A stretch of 44,608 nucleotides of DNA from Chloroflexota bacterium. Its GTDB lineage: Bacteria; Chloroflexota; UBA6077; SHYK01. The stretch covers positions 1 through 44,608 of the forward strand of contig JAXDLH010000488.1 of the NCBI GenBank assembly GCA_034666705.1. Reading direction: 5' to 3'. Positions 9,736-18,053 of this stretch are shown one piece after another (positions within the stretch are counted from its first letter, which is position 1; every line of letters begins with the position of its first letter). Below the pieces are notes generated by a model. The model made no database searches, had not been told where the DNA came from, and saw only the letters and a list, made by a program, of their open reading frames with translations. A program made the translations under genes and the position numbers.

Positions 9736-11244
9736 ATGGCCCAGATTCAGCCATCCCATCTTACTCGCGCTGGCAATGGCCCGGACGGGCCAGCCATCGA
9801 CCTCGACCCCATGGCCAGCCAGCAGCTCGAAAGCGTGTTCGCGGCGCTGCCGGTCATCGCCGACGTGTGCCATGCCGATCTTCTCGTTTACATGACCGTC
9901 GAAGGAATCACGACGGTTGTGGCCCACGCCCGTCCCAACCCTGTCCCATCCCTCTATCCAGGCTCGCTGGTTGGGTCGGTGCTCCCGTACTCGTCGTCGA
10001 ACCCCGTGCACCGGGTGCTCGCGCAGCGTCGCGATCACGCCTCGTTGAGCGGTACGCTGGTGTGGGGTGCGCCCACAGTGCAGGATGTGTTCCCGATCAG
10101 CGTGCCAGATACCGGGATGGTCGCTGTGGTTGGCGTGCACACGAACCTGCTCGAGCATGAGCGGCTGCAGCGCCGTGACCCGTTGTATCGAGGCATGGTC
10201 GCGAAGGTGCGATCGCAGGGCTTCGCCGGCCAGCTCGTAGGCGCATCGTCGATCGGGCGTTTGACCGAGCACGACGGCGTGCTGATCGTCGATACCCAGG
10301 GAATCATCCTCTACACGAACTCAATCGCCGAGAACCAGTACCGGCGACTCGGCTACGTCGATACCATCGTCGGTGGCCAGATCTCGTTCCTCGAGACCAA
10401 CGAATACAGCTGCTTTCGCAGCATTGAGCGCAGCGTGTGTCTCGAACAACGGATCCAGGAGCTCGATCAAGTCTGGATCAAGCGCGCCGTGCCTCTCCTC
10501 CCATCGGCGCACGCACCACGCCACTTTCCCATCTGGCGCGGATCCGACCACGTGGATGACCCCGAAGGCGCGGTGCTTTTCATCCAGGACATCACCGATG
10601 AAGTGCGGCGCGAGCAGGAGCTCAAGATCAAGTCGGCCATGATCCAGGAGGTCCACCACCGCGTCAAGAATAACCTCCAGACGCTGGCGTTCCTGCTCCG
10701 TATGGAAGCGAAACGGGCGACCTCAGAAGATGCACAGAATGCGCTCCGGCAGACGATCGGCCGGGTGCTCAGTATCGCGGTGGTCCACGAGTTCCTCTCA
10801 CGCGGCGAAATGAGCGACATCAGCATTCGCGACGTCTGCAGCCGGATCATCAGCGAGACGTCGGGCGGGATGATCGACACTGGTACGCAGGTTGAGATCC
10901 GGGTGGACGGCGAGAATTTCAGCCTGCCCGCACAGCAGGCTACCTCGTGCGCGCTGGTCATGAATGAGGTGATTCTCAACGCGATCGAGCACGGCTTTGC
11001 CGCGCGGGCTTCCGGTTCGATTAACGTCCAATTCTCGGCTACCGATGCGAGTATGGTGATCGACATCTCCGACGATGGCGTCGGTCTTCCAGCCGGCTTC
11101 GATCTCGAGCGCAACTCGTCGCTTGGCCTGCAGATCGTGCGGACACTGGTCCAGGACGACCTGCACGGGCGATTCCAGCTCCTCAGCGGTGATGGCGTCA
11201 CCGCGCGGATCTCCTTCCCCAAAGAGCTCTGTCGCCCCGCCTAG
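9736..11244 (+). CDS. cytoplasmic sensor histidine kinase, PdtaS/EutW type (H_kinase_N, PAS, HisKA_2, HATPase)
   Basis: IADVCHADL N-domain, IQEVHHRVKNNLQ, NEVILNAIEHG, DDGVG, SLGLQIV; no TM segment. Confidence 0.92.
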   Translation: MAQIQPSHLTRAGNGPDGPAIDLDPMASQQLESVFAALPVIADVCHADLLVYMTVEGITTVVAHARPNPVPSLYPGSLVGSVLPYSSSNPVHRVLAQRRDHASLSGTLVWGAPTVQDVFPISVPDTGMVAVVGVHTNLLEHERLQRRDPLYRGMVAKVRSQGFAGQLVGASSIGRLTEHDGVLIVDTQGIILYTNSIAENQYRRLGYVDTIVGGQISFLETNEYSCFRSIERSVCLEQRIQELDQVWIKRAVPLLPSAHAPRHFPIWRGSDHVDDPEGAVLFIQDITDEVRREQELKIKSAMIQEVHHRVKNNLQTLAFLLRMEAKRATSEDAQNALRQTIGRVLSIAVVHEFLSRGEMSDISIRDVCSRIISETSGGMIDTGTQVEIRVDGENFSLPAQQATSCALVMNEVILNAIEHGFAARASGSINVQFSATDASMVIDISDDGVGLPAGFDLERNSSLGLQIVRTLVQDDLHGRFQLLSGDGVTARISFPKELCRPA

Positions 11245-11398
11245 GATCGCATGCGAGCCCAGCGGGCGGGGGCCGCATGCCCGTTGACTCTTTGCGCACG
11301 CGACGCTGTTCTCCCGGGTTCTCCGCAGCGTATCGCGTGGCCTGCCTGCTACACTCTGTAATACGAAACGTAAGATTCATCGAAAGGAACGGGTGGGC

Positions 11399-11974
11399 AT
11401 GGCGGCAGCCCGGATTCTTATCGCTGAGGACGAGGCAATCCCGCGGATGGGCCTCCGGGAGCTCCTGCAGGATCAGGGGTACGAGGTCGTAGGGGAAGCC
11501 GCGGACGGCCACACGGCAGTGGAGCTCGCCCGAAAGCTTCGTCCGGATCTGGTCGTTATGGACGTCAGAATGCCCGAGATGGATGGCATCACTGCCTCGC
11601 GAATCCTTAGCGAAGAGCGGCTAGCCCCGGTCGTGCTGATCACTGCCTATCCCGACCATGAGGTAGTGGCGCGGGCCAAGGAGGCTGGCGTCTTCTCCTG
11701 GGTACACAAGCCATTCACCGAGAACCAGCTCGTGCCCCAGATTGAGATTGCGCTCGCCCGCTTCGCAGAGTTTCGGGCCTTGATTTTAGAAGCCGGCAAT
11801 GCGCGGGCCGCCCTGGAGACACGACGCATCGTGGAGCGGGCGAAGACGCTGCTCATGAGCGTCCATGGCCTGAGCGAGGCCGATGCCTATCGCCGCATTC
11901 AGCGCATCAGTATGAATAACCGCCGCAGCATGCGCGAGGTTGCGGACGCGATTCTGCTCACCGAGGGCGGTTAG
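11399..11974 (+). CDS. ANTAR-domain response regulator, PdtaR/EutV type
   Basis: Receiver IAEDE...MDVRMP...KP plus ANTAR LETRRIVERAKTLLM...SEADAYRRIQRISMNNRRSMREVA. Alternative GTG start at 11393. Confidence 0.93.
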   Translation: MAAARILIAEDEAIPRMGLRELLQDQGYEVVGEAADGHTAVELARKLRPDLVVMDVRMPEMDGITASRILSEERLAPVVLITAYPDHEVVARAKEAGVFSWVHKPFTENQLVPQIEIALARFAEFRALILEAGNARAALETRRIVERAKTLLMSVHGLSEADAYRRIQRISMNNRRSMREVADAILLTEGG

Positions 11975-11978
11975 CGCG

Positions 11979-12140
11979 CTAGCCCTGGGGTACGGGGACG
12001 TGTACCCCGAGCAGGGTGGCAAGAAACGCCAGCAGGGTGAGCACCAGCACGAGAAGTGCGCCGGCGAACGCAAACGCCAGCGCGATGCCGCAGCCGAGTT
12101 TAAAGCCGTCGCCGACCGTCAGGTTCACGTCTGCGCGCAC
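11979..12140 (-). CDS. small membrane protein (53 aa), not in the ORF track
   Basis: MRADVNLTVGDGFKLGCGIALAFAFAGALLVLVLTLLAFLATLLGVHVPVPQG; GC3-rich codons; TTGCTC-18-TAGAAT on the minus strand at 12250-12221. Confidence 0.7.
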   Translation of the reverse strand: MRADVNLTVGDGFKLGCGIALAFAFAGALLVLVLTLLAFLATLLGVHVPVPQG

Positions 12141-12336
12141 CGTTCCAGGCCGGTCTGGGACCCGACCATTCTCGATTGGGCTCGCCGGATCGCCACGCCT
12201 GGCGAGGTGAGGGGCGGGCTATTCTACGGGTGACTCGTGCCGTGGAGCAACGGCGAGCCGCAGGGCCCACCCTTCGAGCACTCCTCAGATTGAAGTACCG
12301 ACTACGCATTCCTGAACATAGGCCGCACTGGGCGGC

Positions 12337-13668
12337 ATGGAGCTGCGCTTGCACGGTCCCAGCGCTGACCCAGAGCAACGCCCAGTGCCGACGACTCCAG
12401 CCATCGCCCCGGATCAACCAACTGGTCTGCTTGGGACCATCACGCGGTTTCGGACGTTCGAGGCGCTCCGCTACCGCGAATTCCGCTTGCTCTGGATGGG
12501 GCAGTTCGGCAGTGCCATGGGCATGTGGATGGACCAGGTCACACGCGGTTGGCTCATCTACGAGTTGACGGGCTCGGCCCTGCAGCTCGGCCTCATCAGC
12601 GCGATTCGCTTCTTCCCGCTGCTGTTTCTTTCGCCACTGGCGGGGACAATGGCCGACCGCTATGGACGCAAGACGCAGCTCATTCTCGATCAGATGTCGA
12701 ATGCAGCCATCAATTTTCTGCTCGGCGTGCTCGTCATCAGCGGACACGTGCAGCCCTGGCACGTCTACGCGACTGGCTTTGTCGCCGCCATTCTCGGGGT
12801 CTTTCAGCAGCCGGCGCGGCAAGCTATGGTGCCCGAGGCGGTTGACCGTGCGCATCTGACAAATGCCATTGGCTTGAACTCGATGGTCTTCAATGCCAGC
12901 CGGAGCATCGGTCCGGCTGTCTCCGGGGCGATCATCTTCTTCGTCGGCACCGGCGGGTCGTATATCGTCCAGGGATTCATTTATCTCTTCGCGTCGCAGT
13001 GGACCTGGCAGCTACGATTGCCGAATCGTCCCCCATCGCGAGCGACCGGCGTGAACGCTCGCTCGACCTCGCTGCTTGCGAGCGCCATCCAGGGCTGGCG
13101 GTATATCCTGCACGACCCGATCATTCGCTCGGGGATGATCGTGGCGATGATCCCGGCCTTCATGGGTATGCCATTCACGGCGCTGCTGCCCGTGTTCGCG
13201 CGCGACGTACTCGCCGTAGGATCGCAGGGCCAGGGCTTGCTCCTCACCTTCATGGGGATTGGAGCGCTGAGCAGCGCCATCCTCATCGCTACGGTAGGGG
13301 ATCGACTCCCGAAGGGCAAGCTGATGACCGCGGGCATGACGCTCTACGGTGCGGCGATGATCGTGTTCTCACACTCATTCTGGTTCCCGCTGTCGCTCTC
13401 AATGATGTTCATAACCGGCCTGTGCAACGTGACGTCGAACGCGCTCGTCCAGACCGTCGTCCAGGCGCACTCGCCGCCCGAGTTGCGAGGCCGGATCATG
13501 GGCGTCTTCCAGCAGAACCAATTGCTCATTAACCTTGGCGCACTGCTCGCCGGTTCGTTCGCCACCTGGTGGGGCGCGCAGGTGGCGGTAGAGATCATGG
13601 GGATCGGCCTGGTCACGACGTCCATTGCGGCATTCTTCGCGTTCCCAACGATTCGCACGCTCCGCTGA
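12337..13668 (+). CDS. MFS transporter (MFS_3-like)
   Basis: About 12 TM segments, motif A GTMADRYGRK, FRLLWMGQ, PARQAMVPE, LRGRIMG. Confidence 0.92.
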   Translation: MELRLHGPSADPEQRPVPTTPAIAPDQPTGLLGTITRFRTFEALRYREFRLLWMGQFGSAMGMWMDQVTRGWLIYELTGSALQLGLISAIRFFPLLFLSPLAGTMADRYGRKTQLILDQMSNAAINFLLGVLVISGHVQPWHVYATGFVAAILGVFQQPARQAMVPEAVDRAHLTNAIGLNSMVFNASRSIGPAVSGAIIFFVGTGGSYIVQGFIYLFASQWTWQLRLPNRPPSRATGVNARSTSLLASAIQGWRYILHDPIIRSGMIVAMIPAFMGMPFTALLPVFARDVLAVGSQGQGLLLTFMGIGALSSAILIATVGDRLPKGKLMTAGMTLYGAAMIVFSHSFWFPLSLSMMFITGLCNVTSNALVQTVVQAHSPPELRGRIMGVFQQNQLLINLGALLAGSFATWWGAQVAVEIMGIGLVTTSIAAFFAFPTIRTLR

Positions 13669-13677
13669 GAAGTGCTC

Positions 13678-14289
13678 CTACCCGTTGCTCCGCCGGCGCG
13701 GACTGCGGCGATGCGACACCCAGTCGCTCGTGGCGACGAAATACCGTAGTGGCAGCTCGGCCCACTCGCCGGCGTAGCCCACGCCAATGCGCGGTGAGGT
13801 TGCGACTTCGGCCTCCGTGACCGGTGCGCCTGCGGTGATACGCAAGGGACTCGCGGTGAGGTCGGCGCGGTTCAAGGTACCGTCGATGCCGAGGGCACGG
13901 CAGAGCTTGCCGGGGCCGTCGGTCGGTTGCTCGATCCCTTCGAGCGGCTCGGCCGCCCGAAGCAGCACCGCGGTCGCCACCCCCACTGCCTCCGTAACGG
14001 CGTTCAGACACCAGTACATGCCATAAATTCGGTAGACGTACGCATGCCCAGCCTCCTCGTACATCGGCGCCGTACGTGGCGTACGGCCGTGCCAGGAGTG
14101 CGCTGCACGATCGGTCTCGCCGAGGTAGGCTTCTACCTCGACCAGTCGCGCGATCCGCCGCGGCTGACCGGGTGGGTCGAAGACAAGGTACCGGCCAAGC
14201 AGGTCACGGGCAACCTCGGTCGTCGGACGCTCGTAGAAGGCGCGCGGCAGTGGGGTGAGCGCTGCAGATTCGACGGCGCCGCTGTTCAT
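13678..14289 (-). CDS. mpg: DNA-3-methyladenine glycosylase (AAG/MPG family)
   Basis: FYERPTTEVARDLLG, VEVEAYLG, AYVYRIYGMYWCLN, GPGKLCRALGI, SPRIGV. Confidence 0.93.
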   Translation of the reverse strand: MNSGAVESAALTPLPRAFYERPTTEVARDLLGRYLVFDPPGQPRRIARLVEVEAYLGETDRAAHSWHGRTPRTAPMYEEAGHAYVYRIYGMYWCLNAVTEAVGVATAVLLRAAEPLEGIEQPTDGPGKLCRALGIDGTLNRADLTASPLRITAGAPVTEAEVATSPRIGVGYAGEWAELPLRYFVATSDWVSHRRSPRRRSNG

Positions 14290-14296
14290 GCGGTAC

Positions 14297-14818
14297 TCAG
14301 TCCAGTGGGTCCCCGGAGCGGAAGTGGCGCGCCAGCTCAACGTAGTGAGAGGCGCTGTGCACGATCCGCTCAAACTCCTGGTCGGTGATCTCGCGCACGA
14401 TCCGACCGGGGCTGCCAAGCACCAGGGACCGCGGCGGGATCTCTTTCCCCTCGGTCACCAGCGCGTTGGCGCCGATGATACTTCCGGATCCGATTCGGCA
14501 GCCCGACAGCAGCACCGCATTCATGCCGATGAGGACCTGTCGCTCGATTGTGCAACCGTGGAATGTGACGCCATGCCCGATCGTGACGTCGTCGCCGACG
14601 ACCGTGGGCATCTCGTCCTCCACGTGCACCGTACAGTTGTCCTGAATGTTGGACCGGGCGCCGAGGATGATCTCGTTGATGTCCGCGCGCATCACAGCGT
14701 TGAACCACACGCTCGACTGCTCGTGGAGGGTGACCTGGCCGATTACCTGCGCGCCTGCGGCGATGAATACGTCGGGTCCGATCCGGGGCACGAAGCCGCG
14801 GTAAGCATGGAGGGGCAT
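14297..14818 (-). CDS. gamma carbonic anhydrase family protein (YrdA/PaaY-like hexapeptide repeat)
   Basis: SSVWFNAVMRAD, SNIQDNCTVH, VTIGHGVTFHGC, LVLGSPGR. Confidence 0.93.
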   Translation of the reverse strand: MPLHAYRGFVPRIGPDVFIAAGAQVIGQVTLHEQSSVWFNAVMRADINEIILGARSNIQDNCTVHVEDEMPTVVGDDVTIGHGVTFHGCTIERQVLIGMNAVLLSGCRIGSGSIIGANALVTEGKEIPPRSLVLGSPGRIVREITDQEFERIVHSASHYVELARHFRSGDPLD

Positions 14819-14830
14819 CGATGCTGACTC

Positions 14831-15871
14831 CTAAAAATAGTAGCGAGAGACGGCTGCCCAAAGCGGGATGAGCCCCGCCACGAGTACCACGGCGAGGAGG
14901 GTCAGTGCCATGAGCGGCCACTGTGAGCTCGGCGCCTCGTCGAATGCGAGCGGATTGAACGGCGCCGCCACGGTCCGTCGCTCGACCACGGAGCGCGATT
15001 GCGATGTCGTTGTCGGTGCGGGCCGAGGTACCTGGCTCGTGGGCTGATCGAATACGTCGTCGTACGTCAATAGCTCGCGCGCCAGGTCGCCCGCGGTGGG
15101 TGGACGGCGCTGCGGGTCCTTCTCCATGGCGTGGAGCACAGCCCGCTCGAGCGTTGGCGGGATAGATGGGTTGTGGCGTGACGGCGGCAAGGGCTCCGCC
15201 GATACATGCTTCGTGGCGATCTCGACGGGGGTTGCGCCGTCGAATGGGAGATGGCCGGTGAGCATCTCGTAGATCACCACGCCGAGAGAGTAGATGTCCG
15301 TGGCTGGCGTTGGCGGCTCACCTCGCGCTTGCTCAGGGGCCACATAGTGCACCGTACCTAGCACTGAGCCATCATCTGTCAGGAGATCGTCGCCCTGCGA
15401 CACCGCAATGCCGAAGTCCACGAGCTTCGCGCCCCCGTCCGGCATGATGAGGATGTTCTGCGGCTTGACGTCGCGGTGCACGATGCCACGCCCGTGCGCG
15501 TAGTCGAGCGCCTTGGCGATCTGGACCCCGACGTCCACCGCCTGTTGGGTCCGCAGCGCTCCACGCCGCAGCACCTCTTTGACCGAGGTGCCCTCCACGT
15601 ACTGCATGATGATGTAATAGCGCCCATCGTCCTGCCCGAAGTCGTATACGTCGACGATGCTCGGGTGGCTGAGCGCGGCGATGCTGCGCGCCTCGCGCTC
15701 GAAGCGCACGACGGCGGCCTGGGTGCGAGCTTGCTGCGGATGGAGGACCTTGATGGCCACGCGGCGACCGAGCGACGTGTCCTCGCCTTCGTACACCGCA
15801 GCCATGCCGCCAGTGCCGATAAGCGGGCCGAGTCGGTAGCGCCCGCCGAGGAGTTGCTGCTGCTGCGCCAG
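14831..15871 (-). CDS. Hanks-type Ser/Thr protein kinase with C-terminal TM anchor; probable CTG start
   Basis: LLGGRYRLGPLIGTGGMAAVY, VAIK, HRDVKPQN, DFG, GTVHYVAPE. The Gly loop lies upstream of the first ATG (15805); AGGAGG sits 7 nt before an in-frame CTG at 15871. Confidence 0.9.
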   Translation of the reverse strand: MAQQQQLLGGRYRLGPLIGTGGMAAVYEGEDTSLGRRVAIKVLHPQQARTQAAVVRFEREARSIAALSHPSIVDVYDFGQDDGRYYIIMQYVEGTSVKEVLRRGALRTQQAVDVGVQIAKALDYAHGRGIVHRDVKPQNILIMPDGGAKLVDFGIAVSQGDDLLTDDGSVLGTVHYVAPEQARGEPPTPATDIYSLGVVIYEMLTGHLPFDGATPVEIATKHVSAEPLPPSRHNPSIPPTLERAVLHAMEKDPQRRPPTAGDLARELLTYDDVFDQPTSQVPRPAPTTTSQSRSVVERRTVAAPFNPLAFDEAPSSQWPLMALTLLAVVLVAGLIPLWAAVSRYYF

Positions 15872-15955
15872 GTGGGAGCCTCCTGAAGGAATGACCGCGA
15901 GCAGGATCCTATCGGCATTCTAACGCGCCCTGTCTCTGGAACGCGGACGATCGCG

Positions 15956-17926
15956 CTAATTGTCCACCGGGAGGCGAAAGCGGGAGGGGACGACTGCAAT
16001 CCGGCGACCAACGGCGCTCGGTCCGCGCGGCTGCTCGGCATCGGCGCGCGCAAGCGCCACGATCTCGCGATTGAGTGCGCTGATCCACGCCTTCATCTCA
16101 TTCGCCGCCTCTGCCTCAGCGTGTGCTAGCTCCGCGGCCAACTCGCGCTGTTGGAGCAGCAATCGCGATCGACGCAGTTGGCGGGCGATGGAACTGATCG
16201 CAGTCGTGAGCTGCGCGTCGGAGAGCGAATCCAGCGCAGCCAGCATCTCCCGGACGCGGCCAATCGGCCCTTCCGACCACGGCTCTTCAGCCAGCTCCAG
16301 CAGATCCGGCCGCCAGTCGCTGCGCGCCGTCGAGTTCTGCAGCTCCGCAATGCGGAGGGCGAGCGCGCGGCTGGTCGGGTCGGTAAAGTCGCTCGGGTCC
16401 AGCTCCATGCGCGGCAGCCCGCGCTGCGCCGCAGCCACGGCGAGCGCGATCGCGTAGTCCTGCTCACTGGGGCGCGATGGCTCTGGTGGTCGGGGTATCG
16501 GAGCGTACTCCCTGGGAGCTGACTTTTGCGCCTCGATGCGGGCGACCGCGACAGGCGCCTGACCCGCTCGCTTGCGCGCCGCCTCACGCTGCTCTCGCAC
16601 GGTGCGTAGCTCCTGGCGGAGTGGCGTGGAATCGGGCAACCCAAGGTGCTCGGCTGCGAGCTCAACATAATGAGCCTGCTCGATAGGATCGGGGATGTCG
16701 AGCAGCAGCTCGGCCAGCTTTTTCCCGGCGTCGCTCTTGCCGCGTGCCGTGCTCAGGTCGTGCTGGGAGGCAAGCTGGCGAAGGGCGTGGTCGATCACCG
16801 GACTGGCGTTCGCGATCGTGCTGCGCCACCGTTCCGGATCCTGCAGGATCAGCTCGTCGGGGTCTTTCCCGTCCGGGAGCACGGCGATCGTGATCGTTGC
16901 GCGCAAGGTGCTGGCGGCGCGCGGCCGGCCCCGAGCGTCGAGCGTCGGAACCGACGCCGAGAGGGCGGCGCGGGCGACTTCGACGCTGCGGTCCATTGCG
17001 TGCTGCCCGGCCGCGTCAGGATCGAGGGCCATCGTGATCTCCGGTGCGAGTCGGGCGAGCTGGCGGAGGTGCCGCTCGGTGATCGCCGTGCCCAGGGTCG
17101 CGACGACGTTCTTGAAGCCGGCCTGGTGCGCGATCACCACGTCCACATACCCCTCGACGACCACGGCGCGCTGCTCCTTCTTGATTGCCCCGCCGCCGTG
17201 AAAGAGCCCAAAGAGCGTACTGCCCTTATCGAAGAGGTCGGTCTGCGGTCCGTTCAGATACTTGGGCGTCGCGTCGGACATCAGCCCACGGGCGCCGAAG
17301 CTCACGATGCGGCCCTCCGCGTCGCGGATCGGAAACATCAGGCGGCCATGGAAGCGGTCCCGCAAGGGCCCATTCTCTGGCTCGTACAGCAAGCCCGCGG
17401 CGAGCAGTTCATCGCTCGTATACCCCTGGCTCTTGAGCTGCCGCTGCATCGCATCGTGCGAATCAGGCGCGAGGCCAAGGAGGAACTCCTGAAGGGTGGT
17501 GTCGATGATCCCCCGCGTGGCGACGTACTGGCGCGCTGTGGGCGAGCTCAGGAGCAGGCTGTGGTAGTAGACCGCGGCGGCCTCATTCGCCGCGTAGAGG
17601 CGTTGGTGGACCTCTTTCTGCTCATCGGACTCGCGCGTGCGCGGCGTGAGCACGATGCCGATGCGGTCGGCCAAACGGCGCAGTGCCTCGGCGAACGTGA
17701 GGTTCTCCACCTTCATCAAAAAAGTGAATACGTCGCCGCCTTCGCCGCAGCCGAAGCAGTGCCAGCGACCGGTATCCGGGAAGACGACAAACGATGGCGT
17801 CTTCTCGGAATGGAAGGGACAGAGCGCCTTGAAGGTACGTCCGGCTTTTTTTAGCTGGACGTACTGCTGAAGCAGATCGACGATGTCGACCCCGGCGCGA
17901 ATCTGCTCGACGGGCGAATCTTGCAT
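15956..17926 (-). CDS. dnaG: DNA primase
   Basis: CPFHSEKTPSF...CFGC zinc finger, DRFHGRLMFPI, KYLNGP, VEGYVDV, DPDAAG, KDPDE. Confidence 0.98.
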   Translation of the reverse strand: MQDSPVEQIRAGVDIVDLLQQYVQLKKAGRTFKALCPFHSEKTPSFVVFPDTGRWHCFGCGEGGDVFTFLMKVENLTFAEALRRLADRIGIVLTPRTRESDEQKEVHQRLYAANEAAAVYYHSLLLSSPTARQYVATRGIIDTTLQEFLLGLAPDSHDAMQRQLKSQGYTSDELLAAGLLYEPENGPLRDRFHGRLMFPIRDAEGRIVSFGARGLMSDATPKYLNGPQTDLFDKGSTLFGLFHGGGAIKKEQRAVVVEGYVDVVIAHQAGFKNVVATLGTAITERHLRQLARLAPEITMALDPDAAGQHAMDRSVEVARAALSASVPTLDARGRPRAASTLRATITIAVLPDGKDPDELILQDPERWRSTIANASPVIDHALRQLASQHDLSTARGKSDAGKKLAELLLDIPDPIEQAHYVELAAEHLGLPDSTPLRQELRTVREQREAARKRAGQAPVAVARIEAQKSAPREYAPIPRPPEPSRPSEQDYAIALAVAAAQRGLPRMELDPSDFTDPTSRALALRIAELQNSTARSDWRPDLLELAEEPWSEGPIGRVREMLAALDSLSDAQLTTAISSIARQLRRSRLLLQQRELAAELAHAEAEAANEMKAWISALNREIVALARADAEQPRGPSAVGRRIAVVPSRFRLPVDN

Positions 17927-17993
17927 AGCATGCACATTGTGCAGGCTGGGACCGTGTCATGCGGGCACGTGACCAGGATTTTGTGATGGGAAC

Positions 17994-18032
17994 GCAGGGA
18001 GGCGCCCCCGGTTACCGGGGGCGCCTCCCTGT
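17994..18032 (-). terminator. strong hairpin downstream of ppdK
   Basis: GCAGGGAGGCGCCCCCGG-TTA-CCGGGGGCGCCTCCCTGT, about 18-bp stem, 20 nt past the ppdK stop. Confidence 0.8.
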
Positions 18033-18053
18033 GCGGATCAGCCGCGTCGTCAT

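Noticed and set aside
11245-11398. ANTAR dual-hairpin target upstream of the ANTAR regulator or in other intergenic regions
   Set aside because: A few AxxGxx hexamers exist but have only 1-2 bp stems and no paired second hairpin. The 11249-11280 hairpin has the wrong loop.
14290-14418. N-terminal extension of mpg to 14418
   Set aside because: Overlaps the gamma-CA gene; family similarity begins after ATG 14289.
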